39,819 nucleotides of DNA from a virus (IMGVR_UViG_3300020045_022011:1-39819), one strand, 5' to 3'; shown: positions 19,929-28,445, counted from the stretch's first letter. Notes: generated by a model from the letters alone, not told the origin. Translations and numbers: made by a program.

Positions 19929-19974
19929 AAGGTGTTTAAGTTTTATATTTTACATATTAAAACTTAAACACCTT
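19929..19974. other. perfect 17-bp inverted repeat (stem-loop) between paralogues 3 and 4
   Basis: AAGGTGTTTAAGTTTTA (19929-19945), a 12-nt loop, then TAAAACTTAAACACCTT (19958-19974). Confidence 0.85.
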
Positions 19975-19981
19975 TGTAAAT

Positions 19982-20464
19982 TTAATCTAATTCACATTTA
20001 TGTTTAATTGGACTTACATGTACACCATGGCAATAGTCAACACCATTTCCACCATACAATCTATCAGCCATATAGGTACTACTTAAACTGTCATTTCCAT
20101 CACCACCACGTAATAATGTTAAATACGCCCCAAAATTAACCATTACATCATCTCCTGGACCTCCATAATGTGTACCTCCACCATATGTTAAAGCAATAGT
20201 GTCATTCCCTTTACCTCCCCGTGCACTTGCATGGAGAGTATCTACACAGATAAAATCATCTCCTGCCAATCCATATGCCACTGTATATTCTCCAGTAACA
20301 CATAAAACATCATTCTGCATTGTTCCATAACACACTGCACTATCACAATGCATCGTAACAAGTTTCCCCATACACAAACCTGTACTTCCGCAATTTGCTA
20401 GTGCAAAAACAGGCATAAACATTACACATAACATGGAAAAAATATACTTTTTACAAAGACTCAT
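19982..20464 (-). CDS. exported Cys-rich RTX-repeat protein (paralogue 3)
   Basis: Signal peptide ...MPVFALA; repeats GLAGDDFI, GGKGNDTI, GGPGDDVM, GGDGNDSL, GGNGVDYC. Confidence 0.88.
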   Translation of the reverse strand: MSLCKKYIFSMLCVMFMPVFALANCGSTGLCMGKLVTMHCDSAVCYGTMQNDVLCVTGEYTVAYGLAGDDFICVDTLHASARGGKGNDTIALTYGGGTHYGGPGDDVMVNFGAYLTLLRGGDGNDSLSSTYMADRLYGGNGVDYCHGVHVSPIKHKCELD

Positions 20465-20474
20465 GCATTACCCC

Positions 20475-20996
20475 TTAATTACTAATTACAGGAACGACTA
20501 CAATTTCTTCACAATCATAAAAAGTAGCGGAATCAACACTAGTTTCGCAATAGTCATTACCTTTTCCACCAGCCAACGTATCATCAACATTTGCCCCTCT
20601 TAAAACATCATCCCCTCTATTACCGTACAATAATGCCATGTCTGGACCATTACTGACCAATGTATCATCACCATTATCACCTAAATGGGCACCACCACCA
20701 TTTAGAACAAGAATATAATCATCCCCATTACCACCATGAGTAACGGAACTTACACTTTCTACACAAATTTTATCAACTCCATTTAGCGCAAAAACTTCAA
20801 CTGGAGCAGTAACACAAATTACATCAGATTTATTCGTTCCATAACAAGGATCATCTACACCATCACACACAATTGTGACAACTTCACCTAAACACATACC
20901 ATCAGAACACACGTGTGCACTTGAAAATGCCAATGGGGTAACAATAAAATACAACAATACTGTACTTGCAATAATTAAACTTTTCAAATTTTTCAT
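20475..20996 (-). CDS. exported Cys-rich RTX-repeat protein (paralogue 2)
   Basis: Likely start MKNLKSLII at 20996 (AAAGGA RBS); repeats GGNGDDYI, GDNGDDTL, GNRGDDVL, GGKGNDYC. Confidence 0.88.
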   Translation of the reverse strand: MKNLKSLIIASTVLLYFIVTPLAFSSAHVCSDGMCLGEVVTIVCDGVDDPCYGTNKSDVICVTAPVEVFALNGVDKICVESVSSVTHGGNGDDYILVLNGGGAHLGDNGDDTLVSNGPDMALLYGNRGDDVLRGANVDDTLAGGKGNDYCETSVDSATFYDCEEIVVVPVISN

Positions 20997-21006
20997 ATAG
21001 TATCCT

Positions 21007-21483
21007 TTACTCACAATTTAAAAATAGTGAACTTTGAGAAACAGAGACGCAACGGTCAACATCAGGACCACCATTTAAAGTATTATCCGAAGCTAAACTT
21101 ACAAGATTATCATCTCCAAAACCACCACGTAAAATTGCAGGAAGTGTCCCTCTATTTACTAAAATATCATTTCCCATATTTCCCCAATGTTCACCTCCCC
21201 CATTTATAAGTACAATAACGTCATTACCGTTTCCACCGCGAACTTTTGCTTCTGTTGCTTCAACACAAATGGTGTCATTTCCTCCTTTTGCAAAAACAAG
21301 GCCATTTCCAGATACATAAATCACATCGTTTTCATCTGTACCAATACAATAGTCTTTACTACCATCACATACAATTGTGACAGTTTTTCCTAAGCAGGTA
21401 AAATCATAACAGTCTGAAGCAAAGGAAAACTGCGTACACATTAACAGTACCACACTAAAAACTACAACCTTTAGATTTTTCAT
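21007..21483 (-). CDS. exported Cys-rich RTX-repeat protein (paralogue 1)
   Basis: GAGGT RBS; signal peptide MKNLKVVV...QFSFA; repeats AKGGNDTI, GGNGNDVI, GNMGNDIL, GGFGDDNL, GGPDVDRC. Confidence 0.88.
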   Translation of the reverse strand: MKNLKVVVFSVVLLMCTQFSFASDCYDFTCLGKTVTIVCDGSKDYCIGTDENDVIYVSGNGLVFAKGGNDTICVEATEAKVRGGNGNDVIVLINGGGEHWGNMGNDILVNRGTLPAILRGGFGDDNLVSLASDNTLNGGPDVDRCVSVSQSSLFLNCE

Positions 21484-21664
21484 TTGAACCTCAACTCAAT
21501 GTAATTGCTATTTTCATGAAAAAACTTTAAAACTAAAGAGTCACTATGGCATTACATACTTTTTTCCTCCTTTAGAAATAAAAAAATTAAATTTTTAATC
21601 AATTAGAAATGTTAAATATATGTTAAGTAGAGTAATTACTTAAACTTACAAACTTCATATATTA

Positions 21665-21693
21665 AGTTTACCTTAAAGTGAAGAATTTTTCAA
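21665..21693 (-). promoter_or_regulatory. leftward sigma70-type promoter for the RTX-repeat operon
   Basis: Minus strand reads TTGAAA-N17-TAAACT. Confidence 0.6.
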
Positions 21694-21715
21694 GAAAAAA
21701 ATGTACCATTTTGTA

Positions 21716-21744
21716 TTGACCTTTACCCTAAAAACTGCTATAGT
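21716..21744 (+). promoter_or_regulatory. rightward sigma70-type promoter (extended -10)
   Basis: TTGACC-N17-TATAGT with TG two bases before the -10 box. Confidence 0.75.
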
Positions 21745-22189
21745 ATATTTTATAGGGTGAGTTATAGTTACGGTTCTTTTGGGGAATTTTCATCCAGTAT
21801 GTGCGTTCAAACATACAAAAAGTAACCCCAGTACGCAAGTACAAAATACTATGTTATCACGTTGTGATATACCATCCCACATAGTGTTTTTATGTAATTC
21901 AAAGAGAATTTTTAGTACAGTAAAGTGTACATGTTTTCCCAGGCAACGGGTAGGTAGTTGATCCTACAATAGGGCTACGTCCTGGTCTAAATGTCATATT
22001 TAAAAAATTCTCAATAAAAAATTATATAAAAATTGCAATAAATTAAAGTAACTATAACGCAAATACATATTAGCTTTGTATTTATACTTATCTTCTTTGT
22101 AAGTAAGGATAAATGACAAGGGATGCCCTTTTTGTACTTATGTACTTTATAAGTATACAAATACATAATTGTACAATGGAGAATAGTAC

Positions 22190-22609
22190 ATGAAAGTAAA
22201 GTATCCTAGTGAATTAGCTTATAAATTGCATACTACACCACTTACTAAGTTTGTACCTTGTTTTTTACGTAGTAATACTGGGTATACAAAATATGGATTT
22301 AGATCGTTGTCAGAGATAAGTGAAAGTGTGTATTCCATTTTGCAATGTGGTATACAATTACATTATCACCCGAAACCATGGGGAAGAACACGCCCTTGGA
22401 AAGGAGAGAAGTCCTACTTTGAAGTGTTTTTACTTTTAACTGGCTCAGATGCCCTTATGTGTGGTATTTGTGATCCGTACACACCAGAAACTTGGAAAAA
22501 GTATGTTGATGTCTATAACGACATTACCCTTGCCACACTTACAACAACCCATTGTTTGAGTACGTCTGAAACGTTAGAACAGTTTATGGAATCGTACTGG
22601 GGTAAATAA
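22190..22609 (+). CDS. hypothetical protein
   Basis: 139 aa, GGAG RBS; first gene of the rightward early unit. Confidence 0.65.
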   Translation: MKVKYPSELAYKLHTTPLTKFVPCFLRSNTGYTKYGFRSLSEISESVYSILQCGIQLHYHPKPWGRTRPWKGEKSYFEVFLLLTGSDALMCGICDPYTPETWKKYVDVYNDITLATLTTTHCLSTSETLEQFMESYWGK

Positions 22610-22774
22610 AAGTACAAAGATAGGGGTACATGTCGATATGTGTATTTTACACGAGAATGGCTTAAATTTGAATTTTATCCCCTAATCCTTAGTTTGGTAT
22701 TAGTTTGTATATTAAATTGAAATTTGGGCCATTGTAGAGCGAAAAATGTGGTATGGTGGAATGGGAGAGTGTAT

Positions 22775-22972
22775 ATGAAAGTTTGTTTAGATAAAGGTGA
22801 AGAATACCCCGTGTATACTTTTACAGAATGTAAGGAACATGATAATTGCCGAACTATTGCAGAAATAGATAGGGAGACCTTTAGAAAATGGCAAAAAATA
22901 TGTGAAGATTATAATACAATGCAACGAAATTTGCATGCAATGTATTGGGGTACTACCAAAGGAAGAGTTTAG
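22775..22972 (+). CDS. small hypothetical protein (paralogue family A, copy 1)
   Basis: Likely ATG at 22775 after GGGAG; motif E.YPVY.F...EID....KW......MQ..L..MY. Confidence 0.65.
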   Translation: MKVCLDKGEEYPVYTFTECKEHDNCRTIAEIDRETFRKWQKICEDYNTMQRNLHAMYWGTTKGRV

Positions 22973-22997
22973 TAGATACTACAGTTAAAGGAAATAG

Positions 22998-23225
22998 ATG
23001 CAATTACCTATCCATTTACTTAAAGATGAATGGTATCCGGTTTACTCTTTCTATCGAAAGGTGGAAGATGAGAACGGCCCAGATTGGTTTGGAGATTCCT
23101 TAACATGCAAAGCAGAGCTTTCAGATGTTGTTCGTTGGAAAAAACTATTTATTGAATTTAAAGATATGCAAAAAGAATTGCGTAAATTGTACGAAGAACA
23201 ACATAATCTAGAATGGAAGTATTAA
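22998..23225 (+). CDS. small hypothetical protein (family A, copy 2)
   Basis: AAGGA RBS; DEWYPVYSF...RWKK...MQKELRKLY. Confidence 0.7.
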   Translation: MQLPIHLLKDEWYPVYSFYRKVEDENGPDWFGDSLTCKAELSDVVRWKKLFIEFKDMQKELRKLYEEQHNLEWKY

Positions 23226-23237
23226 TTGGAAAATTTT

Positions 23238-23408
23238 ATGAATTTGTATCTTATACGACAAAATGAATCACGTGATCCTGACTCATTTGAGGAAATGTTG
23301 GTAGTAACAGAAAATGAAGACATGGCAAAATTACTACATCCTATTGATGAGCCATTAAACAACAATAAAAAATAGAGTAGTTTATTGTGGGCTTCCACAA
23401 AGATATAA
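23238..23408 (+). pseudogene. probable truncated small phage gene (MNLYLIRQNE...LLHP)
   Basis: A 45-codon ORF ends at TAG 23373-23375, and in-frame LLWASTK follows the stop. It resembles a common small phage protein family (MNLYLI.Q.....D.YD..VV.A..E..AR..HP...W) that is normally longer. Confidence 0.4.
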
Positions 23409-23436
23409 TTGCAACGTGTTGTGAGGAGGACATGTT

Positions 23437-23625
23437 ATGAAAATTGCAATTCATAGTGGTGAATTGTGTCCATTTTATTATTTCTATAAATTTGAAAATG
23501 AAGACGAAAGTTTCTGTTGTAAAATTGTAGAAATTGATGAGGCAATAGTTTTACGTTTAGAAGAATTAGAGAAACTTTCAAATGAATTACAAGACATTCT
23601 TGAAAAATTATGTAATAGTAGTTAA
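23437..23625 (+). CDS. small hypothetical protein (family A, copy 3)
   Basis: GAGGAGG RBS; GELCPFYYF...IVEIDE...ELQDILEKL. Confidence 0.7.
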   Translation: MKIAIHSGELCPFYYFYKFENEDESFCCKIVEIDEAIVLRLEELEKLSNELQDILEKLCNSS

Positions 23626-23650
23626 ATAACTGTATACAGGAGTAAGTTGT

Positions 23651-26428
23651 ATGTATAAATTGTGGAAATTATTGTATGTACTATTTGTGATAGTGTACTT
23701 TTCACACTATGTAGGTGCAGTACCTGCTGTATTACCTCGTGAATATGATATAATTTATGTGAATGCCCCTCGCATAGGTGGAGATTTGCAAACTTCAAAA
23801 ATACCAGATGTGTCAAATCCGTTAGCGTTACCTCCAGGTTCAAACTTGGTAGTTTTAGAAAAAGATCAAACTGTACCAAAAGTGCTTATTGATACTCTTG
23901 GTAAAGGTGCAATTTTTGATCCTGTACTGTCGTATGATGGTAAATGGGTATATTTTAGTTGGTGTTATGATGTTGAAAATTTAAATATACAACGAAATTT
24001 ACCGAGAACAGGGTGTGACATTTGGAAATATAAATTTTCTACAGGAGAAAAGTTTCAATTAACACAATGGGAAACTATGTGGAGAAAACAACCCTTACCA
24101 AACAAACAATGGTCTAAAGATACCCAATATGCAGATCCCCCTGGCAGTATGTACTTAGGGTATGGTATTTTTAATATGGCTCCAGTACCACTGTCAATTG
24201 ATGAGGAACAGTATTCAAAATTTCTTTTTACAAGTAATGCAAATAATCTTGTGCCAGTTGGTAATGCGGAAAAAAAAGTATCGGGTACAAATGTTGTCAT
24301 GCAAATGTTTATTTTTGATAGTAGAACAGGTGAATTTGAATTATTTTGGCCTTCTCCTGCAAGTTGCCTTCATCCAATTATGACTTCTACGGGGAAAATT
24401 CTTGCAAGTTGTCAAGCAAATCAAGGTACACGTGATAATAGACCTTGGGAAATTTTACGTTGGGAACAAGATGGTAGTGAGTTTTCCCCTGTATATTCCG
24501 GGATAATGGATGCATTACATGCTCGTCATGGTTGTACAACTACACGAGGAAATTACGCAATTTGTAGTGTATATTATTTAAGTTTTAACTTTTTAGGTGC
24601 TTTACAAAAAGCACCTTTATTTCCGTCTCCAAGTACACAATTTCCAGCATTTGGTCCACCTGAAGCGAATCAAAATGTTGCAATTCAAGCAGGACCGTTT
24701 AGAACTGTACGAAGTTCTTTTACTCCTACGGGTATGGAAACATTAACACCGTTTACTCATTTTTTTGACGAACCTGCGCCATTAGTGAATGGGGTGTATG
24801 CTGGAAAAGTAGGCTGGCCTTGGGTAGCTCCAAATGATACAATTCTTGTGAGTGCTTCAAAAGGTCCAGTACACATAAAACTTTCTGGTTCAGTGGATAC
24901 ACCAATGCCAGACTTAGGAATTTATGAAATTGTCAATGGTATTTCTGTTAATGCATTTGAAGAAATGCGAGATGTTGTAAATGACCCGTTGTACAATGAG
25001 GTATTCGCACGTGCAGTAGTACCATGGGAACAAGTGTATGGTGGGGTCCATCCAATCCAAGATGCAAAAGTAAAAAATGATGGAAAAATATCAAAGTGGT
25101 TACCTGCAGGAACGCCGTGGTCTATTGTTGGCTCAAGTAGTGTTTACAATCGGCAATCTAAAGCGGGTCAAAGTGCACCAGGTTGGAGTGGGCAACATAG
25201 TGATTATGGGCGGAGCGATAGTTACACAAATTTTAATTCTCAAGGTGGAGATGCCTATAACTTTCGTAATGATGAAATTCGTTCTATTCGCATAATCGCT
25301 CAAAGTGGGGTGCAGTGGGAATCCTACAATTCCCAGTTTGGGCAAGCAAATCCTAATCATTTTCTTTCTGCAACTGGTAATGAAAGATTACGAACTATTG
25401 CAGAAGTTCCCTTATTAAAATTTGATGCACTTGGTACACTACTCTATGATAAATGGGGAAATCCAGATACATCATTTAAGGTACTTGTGCCGTGCCGCAC
25501 TGCTTTTACTTTTGATTTAGTTGGTGAGTATGGACAAACATTATCCCATGCGTTTACGTGGCATGCTACTGCGTGTGGGGAAGTTCGTACAAATTGTGGT
25601 GGGTGCCATGCTCACAATCTTCCAGAACATAAATTTGAAGAAACACTTTCTGCGAATGATAAACTCCCTCCTGTTATTTCAAATTTAACAGGGTACACCT
25701 TTGAATATCGTGAAGATATTGAACCTATATTTCTTGAGAAATGTTCATCGTGTCACAATACGACATTAAAAGCTGGAAATATAGATTTTACTGATGGTAC
25801 ACTTGTAAAAAGTGTTCCACGTTCATACGCTCAAATTTTTCACGATCAAAGTGGAGAAATTAGTGGGATAATTCCTTTATTCTATCTTTCGAGTAAAAGG
25901 GATTCCTTTTTTGCAATGCGTATGAGTGCATTTCGGAGTAATGTTGTTGCTGCAATTTTTAATAGACGATTAGATAACATATCTAATAACATGTTTTACA
26001 CAGAGGGAATTAGGGGGGATAGAAATACTCTTGATATGCAGGCAAAAACATACACGACAGATATTGATTATTTTTCAATACCTGAACATGAAAATTTAGG
26101 ATTGACAGACAGTCAACGATTTGCAATAATAAATTTTATTGACAGTGGTGCTCCAATTAACATTGACATGAATACAACATGGAAATTGGATACGTTTTCT
26201 CCTGTTATTTCGTTTTTTGTAAATGCAAAACGTATTATTTTTGGTACGGTAGATATAGGGAGTGGTGTAGATATTTCAACAATTCAAATTACGAAAAATG
26301 GGCAAATTGTTCCATTTAGAGTTTTAGCACGTAATCGGTATTCTGTTCCTTATTCTCCTGGAGTTTGGAAGTTTGAAGTTTTAGATTTTGCAAAAAATGT
26401 TGCAAATCGAAGTGTTATTTTTGAATAA
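23651..26428 (+). CDS. exported beta-propeller / di-heme c-type cytochrome, HzsA (hydrazine synthase alpha subunit)-related family
   Basis: AGGAG RBS and an N-terminal signal peptide. It has a TolB/PD40-like DPVLSYDGKWVYFS motif, an HZS-alpha middle-domain-like SFKVLVP.RTAFTFDLV...G......TW.....GEVRTNCGGCH segment and a second YREDIEPIFLEKCSSCH motif. Confidence 0.8.
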   Translation: MYKLWKLLYVLFVIVYFSHYVGAVPAVLPREYDIIYVNAPRIGGDLQTSKIPDVSNPLALPPGSNLVVLEKDQTVPKVLIDTLGKGAIFDPVLSYDGKWVYFSWCYDVENLNIQRNLPRTGCDIWKYKFSTGEKFQLTQWETMWRKQPLPNKQWSKDTQYADPPGSMYLGYGIFNMAPVPLSIDEEQYSKFLFTSNANNLVPVGNAEKKVSGTNVVMQMFIFDSRTGEFELFWPSPASCLHPIMTSTGKILASCQANQGTRDNRPWEILRWEQDGSEFSPVYSGIMDALHARHGCTTTRGNYAICSVYYLSFNFLGALQKAPLFPSPSTQFPAFGPPEANQNVAIQAGPFRTVRSSFTPTGMETLTPFTHFFDEPAPLVNGVYAGKVGWPWVAPNDTILVSASKGPVHIKLSGSVDTPMPDLGIYEIVNGISVNAFEEMRDVVNDPLYNEVFARAVVPWEQVYGGVHPIQDAKVKNDGKISKWLPAGTPWSIVGSSSVYNRQSKAGQSAPGWSGQHSDYGRSDSYTNFNSQGGDAYNFRNDEIRSIRIIAQSGVQWESYNSQFGQANPNHFLSATGNERLRTIAEVPLLKFDALGTLLYDKWGNPDTSFKVLVPCRTAFTFDLVGEYGQTLSHAFTWHATACGEVRTNCGGCHAHNLPEHKFEETLSANDKLPPVISNLTGYTFEYREDIEPIFLEKCSSCHNTTLKAGNIDFTDGTLVKSVPRSYAQIFHDQSGEISGIIPLFYLSSKRDSFFAMRMSAFRSNVVAAIFNRRLDNISNNMFYTEGIRGDRNTLDMQAKTYTTDIDYFSIPEHENLGLTDSQRFAIINFIDSGAPINIDMNTTWKLDTFSPVISFFVNAKRIIFGTVDIGSGVDISTIQITKNGQIVPFRVLARNRYSVPYSPGVWKFEVLDFAKNVANRSVIFE

Positions 26429-26589
26429 ATTGGAAATAGTATAATGGTATCTGCACGAAATAATACGATTAACGTTACTGCTAAAGAAAAAGAGGGGAAA
26501 CAGGAATAAATACCACACTACAATGGTATGCCAATGGTGTTTTTTACGATAGAAACTATAACTATTAAATTGGATAGTAGAAAAAAGTA

Positions 26590-27147
26590 ATGTTGGCACT
26601 ACAACAACAAATTGAGTATGCTTTGCGTGATGGTATTGTGTCACATGAAAAACATAAACACTTAATAAGTGCACCAATACAAATTGGTAAAAAATATAAC
26701 GTTAATCCTTATTACTTTTTTAAATCCCCACGTGCTTTTTTGGAGGAAACTATATGTAATTTTTTAAGGAATATACGTAAAATTTCTAAAGAATTTAACG
26801 GGGCATTGGCTATTGGAAAAACAAATCATGCGGATGTATTCCAAATGATTGCCTCAGTTTTAATAAAAAATAAAATTGAGACATGGTATTACACCTTGCA
26901 CGATTTAATAATGTTTACTACTTTAGAGTACACCAATAGACAAATTTTTTCAAATAATTTTGTTGTAATTACAGACATAACAAAAGAATCCTTAGTAGAA
27001 CACGGCAAACAGTTTGTTAATTTTCTTAACTATTGTAGGGGGAATAATGTTTTTTTGATTTTACATGTTGAAAATACAGAAAGTTTTGCGACATTTACCG
27101 ATTTTTGGAAGAATGAGATATTAAACACTTTTTTTCTGCTACAGTGA
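26590..27147 (+). CDS. hypothetical replication protein, possibly a degenerate DnaC-like helicase loader
   Basis: Directly upstream of the helicase, with an alpha/beta pattern and an hhhhD strand (FVVITD) but no intact Walker A. Confidence 0.4.
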   Translation: MLALQQQIEYALRDGIVSHEKHKHLISAPIQIGKKYNVNPYYFFKSPRAFLEETICNFLRNIRKISKEFNGALAIGKTNHADVFQMIASVLIKNKIETWYYTLHDLIMFTTLEYTNRQIFSNNFVVITDITKESLVEHGKQFVNFLNYCRGNNVFLILHVENTESFATFTDFWKNEILNTFFLLQ

Positions 27148-27153
27148 GGTGTT

Positions 27154-28434
27154 ATGTCTGTCGGTTTGGAATATTTAAGTTGTTTATTACAAAGTGAGTC
27201 TACTGAGTATTATAAGTACCTATGCCCAAAACATTACCTCACTGCTTCAGAAAACCAAATATACACCTACATAGTTGATTCCAATACTAAATACGGTATA
27301 ACTGTTACACTAGATGAAATACATGCACAATTCGGTATACTCTTACCAGTTGTTAAACAACCAAGTTTATCCTTGTATTTTGAGAAATTGGAAGAACGTT
27401 TTATCCAAAATAATTTAAGGGATATTTTTGAAAAAGTTGCAGAAAGTATTAATAACGGTTCACCAAAACAAGCCTTTAACTATATACAATCTCAATTAGC
27501 AAAAATGTATGTAGTAAAGTCAAGTAATACTATCTTTGATTTTCGTGATAGCGGGAAAATTTTAGAAAGGGAAACTGAAAAAATTGTTGCAAATGTTGCA
27601 GATCGTATATGTTTTGGCTGGCCATATCTTGATGATAATTTTCCAAATATTTTTACAGAGGAGCTTGTATCCATTGTTGCAAGAAGCGGTATGGGGAAAA
27701 CGTTTCTTATGCTGTACATTGCCTACAATACTTGGGTAAAATACGATCAACCTATAGTATTTATTACCTTGGAAATGTCTTACAGTCAAATTTTGCAACG
27801 TCTTTCCAGTATACATCTTGGGAAAAATATTGGAAATTTAGATAGAGTGAGAAAGGAAACTTTTGAAGATGTTTCATGGTTATTTGCAGAAATGGGAGAT
27901 TTAAAAGGGCATTCTGCACCTTTTTATGTTATTGATGGAGAAGGTTCAACGAGTACAAGTGATGTTATATCTATTATTAAACAATTAAAAGCAAGAGTAT
28001 GCTTTATTGACGGTGCGTACATGTTAGATGTTGAAGGATACACTAGCGATAACTATGCCAAAATAGGGCAAGTAGTAAGGGCATTAAAATCATATGCTAG
28101 AGAACAACGTATTCCTGTTTTTGCGAGTTGGCAATTAAACAGAAAAGCAACTGAAGTCAAGGACATAAAAGATATTGGTCTTGAACATTTAGGGTTGTCT
28201 GATCAAATAGGGAACTATAGTGCATTAGTGTTAGCAATTTTACAAGAAAATCCATTAGAAGCTCATACAATGAGGGATGTAAGTGTTTTAAAGGGGAGAT
28301 ATGGGCATTATGGAAATTTTAAAATAAACTACATTATTCGAGATGATAAAGTTGATTTTTCACAACATAGGGAGTTAATGTTTGGTATGGGTAGTAACGG
28401 TGAAATGCTTATAGATGATGAAATCGAACTGTAG
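27154..28434 (+). CDS. dnaB: replicative DnaB-like (SF4) helicase
   Basis: Walker A ARSGMGKT, FITLEMS, Walker B CFIDGAYML, QLNR, SDQIG and KGRYG. Confidence 0.93.
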   Translation: MSVGLEYLSCLLQSESTEYYKYLCPKHYLTASENQIYTYIVDSNTKYGITVTLDEIHAQFGILLPVVKQPSLSLYFEKLEERFIQNNLRDIFEKVAESINNGSPKQAFNYIQSQLAKMYVVKSSNTIFDFRDSGKILERETEKIVANVADRICFGWPYLDDNFPNIFTEELVSIVARSGMGKTFLMLYIAYNTWVKYDQPIVFITLEMSYSQILQRLSSIHLGKNIGNLDRVRKETFEDVSWLFAEMGDLKGHSAPFYVIDGEGSTSTSDVISIIKQLKARVCFIDGAYMLDVEGYTSDNYAKIGQVVRALKSYAREQRIPVFASWQLNRKATEVKDIKDIGLEHLGLSDQIGNYSALVLAILQENPLEAHTMRDVSVLKGRYGHYGNFKINYIIRDDKVDFSQHRELMFGMGSNGEMLIDDEIEL

Positions 28435-28445
28435 AGTGGCATGTA

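Noticed and set aside
19435-21483. RTX toxins / type I secretion substrates
   Set aside because: Too small, no toxin domain, N-terminal signal peptides and many Cys, and no ABC/MFP transporter genes
21779-21961. 60-aa ORF in the control region
   Set aside because: TTG start without an RBS and no recognisable features; more likely non-coding
23651-26428. Bona fide anammox hydrazine synthase
   Set aside because: No hzsB/hzsC or other anammox genes in the window; the motif is shared by a broad non-anammox family
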